Both the position numbers and the translations under genes were made by a program. Positions 26,740 through 40,336 of a DNA stretch of 64,000 nt are shown in pieces. The notes under the pieces are model-generated. The model had not been told where the DNA came from. It saw only the letters and a program-made list of their open reading frames with translations, and did not search any database. The DNA comes from Octopus vulgaris. Lineage: Eukaryota. Where the stretch lies: the NCBI GenBank assembly GCA_951406725.2, contig OX597820.1, forward strand, positions 125,860,001 through 125,924,000, read 5' to 3'. Positions within the stretch are counted from its first letter, which is position 1. Every line of letters begins with the position of its first letter.

Positions 26740-27290
26740 TTCAATATATTGCCATGGAGATGGTCGTTGGAAAGATTATGTGATCAGAATGGAAACGTAT
26801 TTTCATGTGAACGACATTACCAAAGACGAAATGAATTAAAATATTTTATCAACGGAAATGATGCTTAAATGTTTAAAATGGGTAAAGCCTTGATAATGCG
26901 AAAAGATTACTCGAAAATGAATTTTTTGATGTCCTTGAAAATTGATGTCAAAGTTCGATGTAGAAAGTAAGACTTCGATGATGAAATATTATTTGTACAG
27001 TTCGTTTCAAAAGAATGAAATTTGAGTTGTTGATGTTATGGTCGAAGAAAATCTGAAACTGCGTGACTATCTTCAGAGATATAGCATACATCTTCAAAGA
27101 CAGATTTATAGCGAGAACATGTAGTAAACGTGTAAAAGAATCAAAACTTCAGAAAGCTTTCATAACAAATAAAATCTCAACAACCTTTCATCTGTTCCAT
27201 CAGTTAGAGAATGAAAGCAATAATTTAGTTACAATTTCAATGAATCTATATTTACAACAGTTTTCGAATTCGGTTTAAAATGTTTTAGCA
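26740..27290 (+). mobile_element. Ty3/gypsy-like gag remnant
   Basis: WKDYVIRMETYFHVNDI and KDRFI resemble gypsy Gag W..Y.ER.E.YF.AN.I and RDRFV; heavily degraded. Confidence 0.5.
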
Positions 27291-28449
27291 ACCATAAACT
27301 AATACACATTAATAATACACGTCAGAATTTATTAAATAGTAATATTGCTCATTTTCGCAAATGTAGACAGATAAAATCCAGAAATTTTCACAACTCTGGC
27401 AGTTTAAAAACACACTGAAGTTCGTTTTACCAAAATACATTCTAGAGCTAAAAGTTAGTACATTGAGTTTGTGCAAAGAAACAATAAAATACTGAACAAC
27501 GATCAAAAAAGAAATTACGTTATATGCAAAGTCCTAAACTATACATATGAAAATTTCCCGAGAAAATAATCTAGAGAAAAAGGATTATCTTATGGAAAAT
27601 TGTAGATCCAGATTAGTCATGAATTTGGACGAAATTTTCGAGCAAAGAAGGAAAAGCTTTAGGAATAGGCAAAGAAATATTGGAAAAATGGATACGGAAT
27701 CGTTGACCAAAGAACAATATGTGTAGAAATATTTCACGTAACACGTTAAATTTAGATGACAATATTCTAAAACTTTTCCTAAACTTCAGTTCCGAGTTGA
27801 GTGTTTTCTCAGCTATTTTGGTATGAGGACGAAATATTGTACCATTGAACAAAATGCCAAATAGATATTTCAACTTTTGCACAAAGCTAATTCTGAAAGT
27901 CAGATTGAAAACAAACATCCAGTATACACAACTGATGGTCTATAATCAATAAAGACTTTGGAAGAATATGCAAAAGCTTTGATAGGGATATTGAAACGGA
28001 AGTAAACTCACCAGCCAGATTGGAAAACTAACCATACTACCTGGAAAATTGGAACGAATTTGCAAGAGACGATAGACACAATGTTGTAAAGGAATTAGTG
28101 CATGCAATAAATGGTATATTATGAAAATGGGCAAGAATACTATTTGATAAATTCTGACAAAATTGTTCGTTATTTTAGCTTTGCTTAAAACATTTTAAAC
28201 CAACAATCGGCCTTACATCCAATCCTGTGAATTTGAAAACTGTTGTAAATCCAGATATTTGAAATTGTAACCAAATTATTGCTTTCGTGCTTTATTTAAT
28301 GGAGCAGAGGAAAGGGTGGTGTGATATTAAATGTTATTAAAAAGGTTTTGACTTGAGCGTGAACTCTTGAACTGCCTTTATACACTACTAATCAGCTCCA
28401 CACTCAATAACTGGCAAGATACCAAGTGTACTGTATTGATAGGTGGTGG

Positions 28450-28950
28450 AGGCAAAGAAGTGGTTTCGGTCGTCATTTATCAATCGAAAAGTGTATAGTA
28501 GAAAGAAAAGTGGCCAAATAGATACGTGGCTCAAGATTGGGAACATAAAATGATTGTTTGAATCTCGAATCCCTAGGTTTGATTCGAAACTTGTGCAGCA
28601 GAAATTCGCAGGTACATGAAACGTTGCTCTTACATCGCATGTGATCAGAACGTAGAGATTCCTGTAGAAAGATCATCGACTTCAAGTGAGGATGCGGATC
28701 TCGCCACCAAATATCGATTCTGTGCTCTGGCTTGAGCGTGGAAACTGGAGCTTGAACACGCCTAAACAAATGATAGTCAAATGATGAATACACACCATGC
28801 TTCCAACTGAAAGGCTGATTATTGAACTTTGAACGATGGCGATATTATTGTTTTGCTTTAAACATTTCAAATATGCATTAGAAGACTAACTTTGGACTTT
28901 ACGCCGTTTTATATACATATTCACTCATTCTGTCAACAGTCTTCGTGTAA
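28450..28950 (-). mobile_element. Decayed mariner N-terminal (HTH) fragment
   Basis: Degenerate similarity to the 5' half of a mariner transposase. Confidence 0.45.
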
Positions 28951-29129
28951 CTCGTTGACAAAAACGTGGCTACATCTCACCGCTAGAATGTCGATCATGC
29001 TTGTTTTTCTAATCAGTTCTTTTATTCTCTTGCCAACCTACCTCTAAAATACTTCTCTATCGATATTTATTTCCTAAACCTTCGACTCTGTTGATGTTCA
29101 CATTGATGCCATTTAACTGCTATATAATC

Positions 29130-29290
29130 CTTTCTACAATTGGGTCAAAGCCAAGAATTTGGAAGAGGGCATTTATCGATTACATCGATGTCAGTGATCA
29201 GCTGGTACTTATTTCACCAAGCCCAAAAGGGTGAAAGGCAAAGTCAACCTCAAGGGAATTTGAGAGAGATCCAAACTTGTACAAAATGAA
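29130..29290 (-). mobile_element. SINE family 3 fragment
   Basis: CTGGTACTTATTT...GAAAGGCAAAGTCAACCTC..GGAATTTGA. Confidence 0.65.
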
Positions 29291-29334
29291 GAGCTACTAC
29301 GCGTCTGGTGTTGGTGAACCACAATACACACACT

Positions 29335-29461
<127 letters not shown>

Positions 29462-32011
29462 TGGCGATTGACACACCAATATGCGAGATTCTGGAAGACC
29501 TGTTTTCGCATATTACAGTATTTATATCTTCTGATTTGACGAAGAATTTTAAATGTAGCTCCAGTTATTGCTGTGGTGTTTATAGTGTTGCTATCGTTGG
29601 TGTTGCTATGCAGGCTGCTTCTGCTGCTGTTGTTGTTGTTGTTGTTAATGTCACTGCGGTATCGGAACCTTCTCTCTTGTATTTCACGAACAAATGAGTA
29701 CAATTTGGCATCTATTTCAAGTGATTTCTGTCTTTCCTAATCTGTTTCTATCAAGAGATCCGACAAGAGATCCCGGCGTATTACAAGGTTTACATATCTT
29801 CACCGTCCTGCTTCCACAAACGTTACGACCTGCTGTTTCAGCCCTAAAAATGTACTGCGCTCATTTTCACCACTGACCAGCACTTCTTCTATGATAGAAA
29901 GGAGATGAATCCCTTGTTCTTGACAAGGCTATGGAGTGACTCTTAACTAATATCAGTAACAATTGCCACGAGTGAAGATGTTCATCCTATTGCACGTTTG
30001 CTTCTACTTCTGTTTTCAGTATTTTTTGTATTATGCACGAGACAGTCTTTATTTGCTCTATATATTTATATTTATCAAAACATTGCTATGCATCTCCTTG
30101 TCCTTTTTGTAAAGAGACTATTGAACGAGCTTTCTGTCATCTTACATCTTCATTCCTCTAGCTACTCTTAGCTTTGTCTTTAATGAAATTAGCATGATTT
30201 GTCGCACTGGTGAATGCAGAAACTCTGGCCGCCATTTTCCGCTTGACCCTGATGATATTGTATTGTTGCTACTGTTGAAAATATTACTAGTGTCCGCCGT
30301 AACTGAAAAGCTAAATGCTGTTGGTATTATAGTAAATATGGTGGCATTCATCTTGTTATTTCTATGATAGTCACTTGATCATCGCTAAGCTGTTGGCTTT
30401 GATATTGGACGTCCGAACGTTTATCTTTTTATTTTATTTGTGTTCAGTTGTTGTTGCTTTTGTTATTTCGGTCTTCAGTGTTATCAGTAATTTCCCGTTC
30501 ACACTCAGTAGGATTTTTGATGTTGACAGGACATTCGTTGTACTTATTGATATAAGTTCTACTTCTTCAACTTAATGTTACCTTGTATTAGTGGTAATGG
30601 TGGTTGTAGCTGCTTTTCTGGTTGAGATAGGAAGGCGTTATTGATAAATCAAGATGGAAGCTTTTAATGGTAAATTGGCGCAGTTGTGAACAACTATTAA
30701 GTAGATACAGTAATCTCACTTTTTTCACGGCTTTTTTTTTCACCATTTAATTTGTTTCCTGATAGTCAAATTCGCTGTTATATTTTAAACGATTTCATTA
30801 AATTTCTTCTTTTTGTTTTTCGTTTTTCTTTCCTTTCTCAAAACTATAACTGAAAAAGTTTGAAAAACAAATGAATGGGCAAACAATTAAAAAATTACTT
30901 AAACTGTGGAGCAGAATAAAACAAAGCGTTACTGCACCAACAACAAGAATAAGAACACTTCTTTCCACTGGAAGCACCAGGCCTCAAATTTTGGGGGACG
31001 ACAATAATAATAAGGATAACTGCAACAACAACAAAATTAATTAATGTCAGATACTCTTCCCATCTCTTATTTGACTGTGACTATATATTCGCCATATCTA
31101 CATAAAAAAAAACATGCCTCAGAAGATTCTAGCAAGATGATGGTATATAGGAGATGACCAGAAAGAGGAAGGGTAAGAGTGACTTAAACTATATTATGAT
31201 TATCAATGAAAAAGGCTTAAAATAGAAAACAATGGAGGTCTCAATGATATCTAAGAGGGTATTATGGGTATAGGGGGGAAAATTTATATCCAAATTTTGA
31301 AAAAATTCCTATATTATTATCATTATCTGACATTAATTAGTTTATCATCAGTAGCAAGAACTTAACTGTCAATTCCCAATGTTTTTTTAATTCTAAGCGG
31401 ATATAGTATACTGCATTGGATCTTTCGATTGTGATAAGAGTCAAGATGAATGCTTGTGTGCTTGTGTGAGTGGTGTGTATCTACATCTTTCGCCCCTGTA
31501 TATCGGCCAGCGCAAAAATTACAACGAAGAAAACCATAAAAGAAAGTGATGCTCTAGAATATATGGAGGTGCTGGCGCATCCTTATCATTCTTGCCGTCA
31601 GAGATTGGAATTTAAATCCTAATCTCTACAGAAATTTGCCGTTTCAAGAAAACATTGAATATGAATTAGCTTTAAATTTTACGATTTTAGATAACAACCC
31701 TAGACGTAACTTTTAAACCCGAGTCAGTCGCTTGTAAACGATGTCGAGAGAACGTCTGCTAGAAATAATATTTTTTGAAACAGGGCACCTCTAAAACAAC
31801 CATCAGACGCTAAACGAAAATAAATAAACTGCAACCTGGCTCACTAAAAGGATTCTGAGTTATTGCCTAAAATTACTTACTTGAAGTCAGTGCTGGCAGA
31901 AATTAAATCGGCTTCCACTTTACGTTCACTTTACTAAAGTTATACTCGGGCTAAGCACGAACAGCCCGAGTGCCGGAGTCACAACTGATATATATATATA
32001 TATATATATAT

Positions 32012-32260
32012 GTCGCCATGATAGATCGTTAGCCACTACACACATGTTTTATCTCCTTTTTTTCTCTCCTTTTTCTCTCCCTTTTTCTCTCCTTTTTTCT
32101 CTCCTTGTTTCTCTCCTTGTTTTTTCTGTGTCCCTTTCTGTAGAAGAGCGTAGGCTCGAAACGTAAAAAACTTTTTCTATTCCTGAGCGTTATACTAATA
32201 CATCTGTTTGTCTTGTACAGCACCTGTCTTCGTCTTTTGTTTTTTTTTGTAAACTCTCAT
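32012..32260 (+). mobile_element. Short HHR-bearing element, family A'
   Basis: Nearly identical in reverse complement to 51155-51359, including the 5' end GTCGCCATGATAGATCGTTAGCCACTACACAC; flanked by (TA)n. Confidence 0.85.
32134..32169 (+). ncRNA. Minimal HHR-like motif, A6U core variant
   Basis: CUUU-CUGUAGA-A-GAGC guag GCUC-GAAA-CG-UA-AAAA. Confidence 0.65.
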
Positions 32261-33110
32261 ATATATATTATATATATATATATATATTATATATATATAT
32301 ATATATATAAATACATACATACACACCCACAAATATATATATTTACACTCGTATACGAGCGATTATGTTTATGTGTGTGGTGTGTATCTACATATTTCGC
32401 CCGTGTATATTGGCAAGCGCAAAAATTAAAACGAAGAAAACCATTAAAAAAAGTGATGCTTTAGAATATATGAAGGAGCTGGTGCATCCTTGTCATTCTT
32501 GCCGTCAGAAATAGCCTGATTGCTCGTTGTCAACCTGTATCGAACGACATTATTGTTCACAAATTGCGGTATGAAATAAATCAGATAAAATAAAGAGCCG
32601 CCCAAGATAGAAGGTCAAATGCAATTATTAACTTCTACAATGGCAGGAACCTTTAATATTCGATAGATTAGTAACATACACAGTAGCAAACAGCATTCGT
32701 TATTTAATTCAATTAAGTTTCTTTTTATTTTTGTTTAAATCAGAAATTATTTCGGAAATTGTTCAATTGTGAGAGTGCCAAAATTTAGTTTAGTGAATAA
32801 AGTCTGTAAGTACAGATAAGATGAGATTGTTGAGTTTTAAATTATATACTCAACACGTTCACAAACTTTTACTGTTTTAGAAATGATATAGAAAATTACA
32901 GTTATTTTTGTTTTTCTCTTGAAATATTGCCATCAATAAATGGCTTATTTCCAAACCAATTGTAAACTGTCGTTCGTAACTTCATGCTAAGAATGTTGAG
33001 CACAGACCACCATTTTAAATGTTTATATATATATACATACATACACATACATACATACACACGCACACACACATACACACATACACACACACATATATAT
33101 ATATAAGTAT

Positions 33111-33155
<45 letters not shown>

Positions 33156-33158
33156 CAC

Positions 33159-33201
<43 letters not shown>

Positions 33202-33210
33202 TATATATAT

Positions 33211-33473
33211 ATTTATTTTATAGAAGGAGCTTCTACAGGACAAGAATTGTTTCATTCAAATGAAATCATCAGGAAGCTTGCTGTCAAAATAAGTTTTGGC
33301 ATTTATACATTTAGGCAGATTTAATGGGGTGGTGGTGGGGGACTTTTTTGGGTAAGCAGGGCACAAACTGTCTTTCTTAGAGGAGTGGTCAAAAGGATCA
33401 GTGATCACACACACTCACACGCACACTCATACACATACACAAACACACATGTTCTCTCGCTCATTTCCTTCTC

Positions 33474-33513
<40 letters not shown>

Positions 33514-34180
33514 ATATATGTGTGTGTGTGCTTGTAGAGAGAGATATATACATAAGTATGAGTGGATGAGAAGGAAATGAGCGAGAGAACATGTGTGTTT
33601 GTGTATGTGTATGAGTGTGCGTGTGAATGTGTGTGCGTGTGTGAGTGTTTGCGTTTGTAAGAGATAGAAAGGAAGGGAGAGGGGAGCGGTAAATGGATTT
33701 CATTTAGGCCTGCTGGCACCCTGGGGTGTTCTAAGAACTTTTAGGGTTCGTCAACTCCAGCGCCACTAAATGTGTGTCGGCGGGTAGGTAGGTCATATAT
33801 TATACCTTTTATGACACTGAAGACGGTCAAAATAAAAATAAAAATAAAATAAGGGAGGAAGACGAGGAGAGAAAAAATATGTATATATATGTATATATGC
33901 GTGTGGGTGTATGTATGTGTATGTATATGTGTATATGTATATATGTGTATATATGTATATGTATGTGTATGTGTATATATATGTATATAATGTGTGTGTA
34001 TATATATGTGTGTATACATATATATATATGTGGGTGTGTACGAGTGTGTATATTTTTATATATATATATATATATGTGTAGACATATGTGTGCGTGTACT
34101 TGCGTGTTGGCATGTATGTGTATGTGTGTGTGTATTTGTATGTATATATATATGTGTGTATATAAGTGTGCGTGTATGTA

Positions 34181-34228
<48 letters not shown>

Positions 34229-34555
34229 CGATAGTCTTCTTATTTACCTAAAACTCTATTCTATTATTCTATTTATTCATTTATCAACTTTATCACTGAT
34301 CCTTTTGACCACTCCCCTAAGAAAGACAGTTTGTGCCCTGCTTACCCCAAAAAGTCCCCCACCACCACCCCATTAAATCTGCCTAAATGTATAAATGCCA
34401 AAACTTATTTTGACAGCAAGCTTCCTGATGATTTCATTTGAATGAAACAGTTCTAGTCCTGTAGAAGCTCCTTCTATAAAATAAATTAATTTACTCTGCT
34501 ATGTATTGAGCACCTTATTTACTGTGGTTAACCCCGACTCAACCCGGGACCTATA
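33211..34555. mobile_element. PLE-derived element with ~195-bp inverted repeats (33211-33405 / 34290-34486), each holding an HHR
   Basis: Near-identical inverted arms; nested second inverted repeat 33406-33476 / 33566-33636; (TA)n at both ends. Confidence 0.85.
34419..34469 (+). ncRNA. Type I hammerhead ribozyme motif; inverted copy at 33228-33278 (-)
   Basis: AGCUUC-CUGAUGA-U UUC auuu GAA U-GAAA-CAG uucuaguc CUG-UA-GAAGCU; 6-bp stem I, 4-bp stem III. Confidence 0.8.
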
Positions 34556-34574
34556 TATATATATATATATATAT

Positions 34575-34789
34575 ATACACGTTTTTATTAATAGCTGACA
34601 GAAGTTACAGGGTGACTCAAGGGCCGAGAGTATTCTATATTGGGATTTTCCAAAATGATTTCAAATCAAGGGGGCTCATATTTATATAAGAGGGTAATGG
34701 AATTACGCTGAATGTTACTGGGACAAATTGTAAAAACAGGTTCAATGTCACGTGGTTGATGCGTATTTTGAAATGGTTACCTCGTTACA
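34575..34789 (-). mobile_element. Possible solo-LTR-like fragment
   Basis: Minus strand starts TGTAACG, has TATATAAAT and then AATAAA; no partner LTR seen. Confidence 0.3.
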
Positions 34790-34949
34790 CCGCTCAATAA
34801 ATAAGTAAGAAAGAAATATATGTGTCTGTATGTATGTATATATGTATGCATGCATGTATGTATTTATGTGTGTTTGTTTGTATGTATGCATGTATATATC
34901 CTTCTAACCTTATATTCCATATATACCTATATATATATATATGTGTGTG

Positions 34950-35005
<56 letters not shown>

Positions 35006-35017
35006 TACATATATGTT

Positions 35018-35048
<31 letters not shown>

Positions 35049-35059
35049 AGAAGGTTGAA

Positions 35060-35870
35060 ATGGAGCACACAAGAAGGAAAATAATGCCCGAGTGCTAGGA
35101 TGTTAAATGGTCAAGTTCCCTGAAAGAGATTTGTTGTGGATGGTAGTAGTGACTGAATTCTTGAGATATCTCTTTTGAATGTATTGTTTATAATATTTAC
35201 TCCTAACCCCAAATGGCTTATTTTTCATATCAAGCACTATGTCATTCTAAACACTAGTAGTAAAGTAAGGAAGGATGTGTCGGAGAGGAAGAAGAAGATG
35301 TCGAAGAAGGAGACAGAATAATAATACAACGCAGGGTGGTAGGATGAAAGTAGGATATTAAATGGTCAAGTGTCCTAAAAGTAGCTCGTTGTCGATTATA
35401 GCAGTTATTGGATCTGTTTGTAATGAATTTTTGTGTATCTCTTTTGAATGTATCATTTTTAATATTTGTATGTTTGTTTATTCTAAAGTCGTGGTGGATA
35501 TGTCATTTGTTGTGAATGTGTTCAAAATGGGTCTGTATTTTGTAATAAACAGAGACTCTTTACTAATTCGTTGGTTTTATCGTCCTTGAATTGATAGAGG
35601 GAAATATTTGGAGCTTGGATTTTTGTTTTCAGCGCAAAATGTCAATGTGTTGGCTGAATGCTATTTTTGCATTTTTTTGAATTTTGATCTGGGATCTGTG
35701 CAGAGCCATCCTTTGGCGTAGACTATTTTTTGTTTGGCCTGTGTATTGCTCTTGACACCCAGAGCAGTTTAGTGCGTATATCAGGTTCTCCGAAGCACAT
35801 GTGAAGTTGTTTTTGACCTTGAAACGTTGTCCCTGTTTGAAGAACACTGATCCCTCTATTAATTACTGAC
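35060..35870 (-). mobile_element. PLE 3' fragment with GIY-YIG
   Basis: FKVKNNFTCASENLIYALNCSGCQEQYTGQTKNSLRQRMALHRSQI; same family as 1000-1980. Confidence 0.85.
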
Positions 35871-36934
35871 GGCTTCAGTGTTGTTGTTGAGCATATTCGG
35901 GCTTGTTAAAAACAGTTAAAAACAGAATGTATATCAGAGGTACATGATTCTCGAGCAGGACGAGCATGTTGTGCCTTACTTGGGGTTTGTCAATACCATG
36001 CGTCCGTTCGTTACTTGCTTAATACGTGCTTCGATATATAGGAAACAGGAAATAATTCGTTTAATGGCATTGGCGCAACTTCAATTCCGTACACCGCAAT
36101 TACTGTTTTGATGAAATTGCATGGTCTCCTGAAATAGTATTAGGTCGGATTTCAATACTAAATTGCATAATTAATTTCACTAAAATCACCCTATCCTTTT
36201 TCGATAGGCTTCAGTAACATGCCATACAGCTTCCTCTCAATTACACATTTATGAATGTGTTGCCTCTATTCAAGAGAAATACTGAATATTCAAGTTAACA
36301 TAATCTGTCGCTTTACGATGATTGTGATGATAAAATGTGATTACAGATTTAAATAACGAATTGTTGTGATGAATATAGATGATATATCAAGGTTTCGGCA
36401 AAATGAAATTACATCAGTTGATATAATTTAAAGTTGGAACGAAAATAATTTCTTCATATAATGATTAATTTATTTGTTGCTGAATTAATTTACCAGGCAA
36501 ATTATTGAGACATTTTTCTTTAAGAACTTTCTAAAATGTAAATCATTAGAGACCTATAATTAATTTCTGACTTAGTTAATATATTTACGTAGCTATAAAT
36601 TATTTTTAAAGATTATAACTTTACTCTTCTGTCCCAGGATTGGGAATAGGTTATACTCGAAAGAATATATTCGTAATTTTGAGACAAATAATTAAGGCAC
36701 TGGACTACCGCTACTTATACAACTTCACACAGTGTTTATATCTACTTGTGAGTGCGTCATCTTTCTTCTTAAAAACAACATCGTCTTGTTTCCTGAACTA
36801 AAATTGTTGCGATACAAGTTGCCGGCGCTTCGGAAGCAAAAATCAAGTTTTCTCAGACCAATATATTTTCTAGGGTATATTTCTTCGACTAAATGCTGTG
36901 CTCCAGCATTTAGTCAAAGACAGACAAACGGATG

Positions 36935-37101
36935 AAGTGGGTTACATCGACCCCAGTGCGTAACTGGTACTTACTTTATCGACCTGGAAAGGATGGAGGG
37001 CAAAATCGACCTCGGCGGAATTTGAACTGAGAACGCAGCGGCGGACAAAATACCCCAAAACATTTCGCCCGGCGTGCTAACGTTTCTGCCAGCTCGTCGT
37101 C
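36935..37101 (-). mobile_element. SINE family 3
   Basis: Reverse-complement homology to 8787-8950. Confidence 0.85.
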
Positions 37102-39936
37102 TTCTACATCAATTCGATCGACTATATCTTATACCGCCATATACATGTCTTATGCTTACGCCGATATTCACTATTTCTGAGTAGTGATGTAGGCAAAAGT
37201 GATAGACTAAGGACTAACGTGCTTTGGTATATCTAAATAGCTACCTTCATGACATAATTTTAAATGCTACTAAGGATTTTGCTTTCCTTACAGAGGAATT
37301 TAACAAAAGAAGCTCAAGCAAAGACATATTCAATTCAACCGATTATATTGTACAGCAAAGAAATATGTAACCTTGTACCGTACAAGGGTTAGAAATCGTT
37401 ATTATGAATGCAGCGTGTGAAACAAGGAATATTGTTTCACATGCTACATTTGCTAACTTTACCGTTTATATTTGCAGAATTCGTGGAATAAATTACAATT
37501 AATACCCGTGGGGCAAATCGACCAATTTAACGTTTTACCAACTAACATTGTCTCTTAGTATTTACTAAAAGATGCCGTTGTCATCAATACTAGGACCTCA
37601 ATGATTACAAGGTCTTTAGAGATATGGTCAGTTACATTATTGGAAGCAATATGACTTTAACCTCCACAGATCTTAATTCAATTTCTCGAATTCCATTATA
37701 GTTACGTAGGGTTAAATAACAATAAAAAAACATGCTGCGAATGACAGATTTGATTTTGGCATTGTAAAGAAAAAAGAAAATAATAATAACCACAACAAAA
37801 CACCATAAAGCTCATTATATTTTACATATTTCGTTAACATAGAGAAAATCTGGATAATTATAGTCATTTCATCGGCGAACTAGTTTTTTAAAAATAACAG
37901 TAAAAATACATATTTGGTTTTTATAATATTTTTTAAATAAATAAAGAAATTATAACATAATGACAGTTGATGTGTTGAGTTAAAGTTCACTCCTAGTGAT
38001 ATAAACTAAGAAAAAATCGCTATAAACTAAGAAACAAATATTTGTTTGTATATTTGCTTTTATTGTAGCTTTTTTTTCTCTTATTTTGCGTTGGTAGCAT
38101 TTATTGTTATAAAAATGTTTGTTGTTTTATTGTTATAATATAAGCATAACATTATTCTGTTTGTTATTGTTGTTGTTTTGTAAAAAAAGAATATTATTAG
38201 TGTCTCTGTGTTACTCATGCTTTAAGAAATGCATCACGAGTTGATTCGCTTCACAGTATATTTTATCACTACATACTATCAGTTAAGTGGGAGGGACTGA
38301 ATCAATTCCCTAGCAAAATAATGGCACGTCTAAGTTCCGCGCATGCGCATACTTGAAGTTAAGTTTTTCATACTTAAAAGTCAATGTTTTTTCATACACA
38401 TACTCGACTGTCATGAGACGTTAAAGAAAAAACAAATTTATCAATTTCACGTGAAAGGAGTCAAAGGGAACTTCTACGTGGTCATATGAACTTCTATACA
38501 TACCAGCCAGATCTCACTCAAATTACACAATACTATCTTAAAAAGAGAATGAATTATTGACTAGAAAGAGAATGAAGCATTGACTAATATAGTATGTTTG
38601 AATGACAATGTGGTGATCATGGTTGGAATATCTTTGGTCTCCTTGTTCGAGGCCTTGTTGGGTGAAACAACAGCCAATTCTGACAAATATATTCCATCAT
38701 CACCATATTACAATTCTATTCTAAAACCAATGTATGTCGCACTAATTCAACTATAATAATTACACATTGATATCGACATTAATGTAATATTGTGTAATTA
38801 TTGATAACCAGGTAGGTTTACCACTGTAACCATTTCATGTGTATTACCTAGGAATCATGACACGTAAAATAAACAAGGCTATATAGACAACTTGTAGTAC
38901 TACTGTTGTCAGAGTCTTTTGTAATCTGATTGTAAACAGGATAAGGAAATAGGTAGGGATAAAAAATTAACAATTTACAAAATGAATCATATTGTTCAAC
39001 GTGTATGAAATCCATTCTTAATCCTTTAGTCTACTAATTAGTTTAATTTGAGAGGAGAGTGGGCTGAGAATAACATCAAAAATTCACTATGTGTAAATAA
39101 TTTTTTATGTAATTATATCAGGGAGCAATCAGAAATATAGGACCTAACTGAACTACAAATAAATTATACAATTATGTATTTGATAAAACGCTAACATTGG
39201 TCCTTTACTGCTAATGTAATTTAATTGAAAATGTCTACATAAATTTTGACAGTAAAGTCGATATCATCTAAATTACAAAGTTATTTCGCTTTCATGTTTA
39301 TCAATAATGATGTTCTGAAAAATTACAGCCTTATAACTAATCCTAAAGAACCCATATATGCAGACAAGCTGGTGTCAAAAGGGTTACCTCTTTTCATATC
39401 AAACCACCACAGACTGCGTTTGGCTCTTCTTTTCTACCTTTGTATTAATTTGGCCTAAAACGTTCCATCAAACGTTAATTCATGCTCCAAGCACCAGCGT
39501 AATAATGACTAAGTTATTGCTCCCCATTATTTTCATATTGAAACAAGGTCATTATATTTGAAAAGAAATAAGGTAGCAAAAGCGTTGGTACGCAGCAAAT
39601 AGAAGGTAATTATATATTTCAATCCCCTCATTAGAGTTACTGCCTCGGGTTTTATAGGATACTTATTTTTAATGAAAGGGATTTGACTTTAGGGAGATCG
39701 GTCTATCCAAAGAAGGCAATCAAATTTTAATTTAAACTCAACAGCATGTGAAATTGTTTTATTAGATATAATGTGTTGTTGCTTATTACAACAATAAATT
39801 GCGCTGCCATTTAAGCATTAAAAGTGTCAACCATATAGTGAAGGTTGAGATATGTTATCAGCTTATACGTGAGTAATTTGATAATCTTTCTAAGTCACTG
39901 CAGTTTTAGATTTCATTTAATATTTAAGCAAAATAT

Positions 39937-40336
39937 GGTGGCGAGCTAGCAGAAAGGTTAGCATGCCGGGAGAAATGCTTAGCGGTATTTCGTCTGCCGT
40001 TACGTTCTGAGTTCAAATTACGCCGAGGTCGACTTTGCCTTTCATGCTTACGGGGTCGATTAAATAAGTACCAGTTACGCACTGGGGTCGATATAATCGA
40101 CTTAATTCGTTTGTCTGTCCTTGTTTGTTCCCTCTTTGTTTAGCCCCTTGTGGGTAGTAAAGAAATAGGTATTTCGTCTGTCTTTACGTTCTGAGTTCAA
40201 ATTTCGCCGAGGTCGAATTTACATTTCATCCTTTCGGAGTCGATAAATTAAGTAGCAGTTGCGTACTGAGGTCGATCTAATCGACTGGCCTCCATCCCCC
40301 AAAAATTTCGGGTCTTGTGCCTAAAGTAGAAAAGAG
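39937..40336 (+). mobile_element. SINE family 3 with internal duplication and 16-bp TSD
   Basis: TSD TATTTAAGCAAAATAT at 39921-39936 and 40337-40352; body GGTATTTCGTCTG...GTCGAT occurs twice. Confidence 0.9.
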
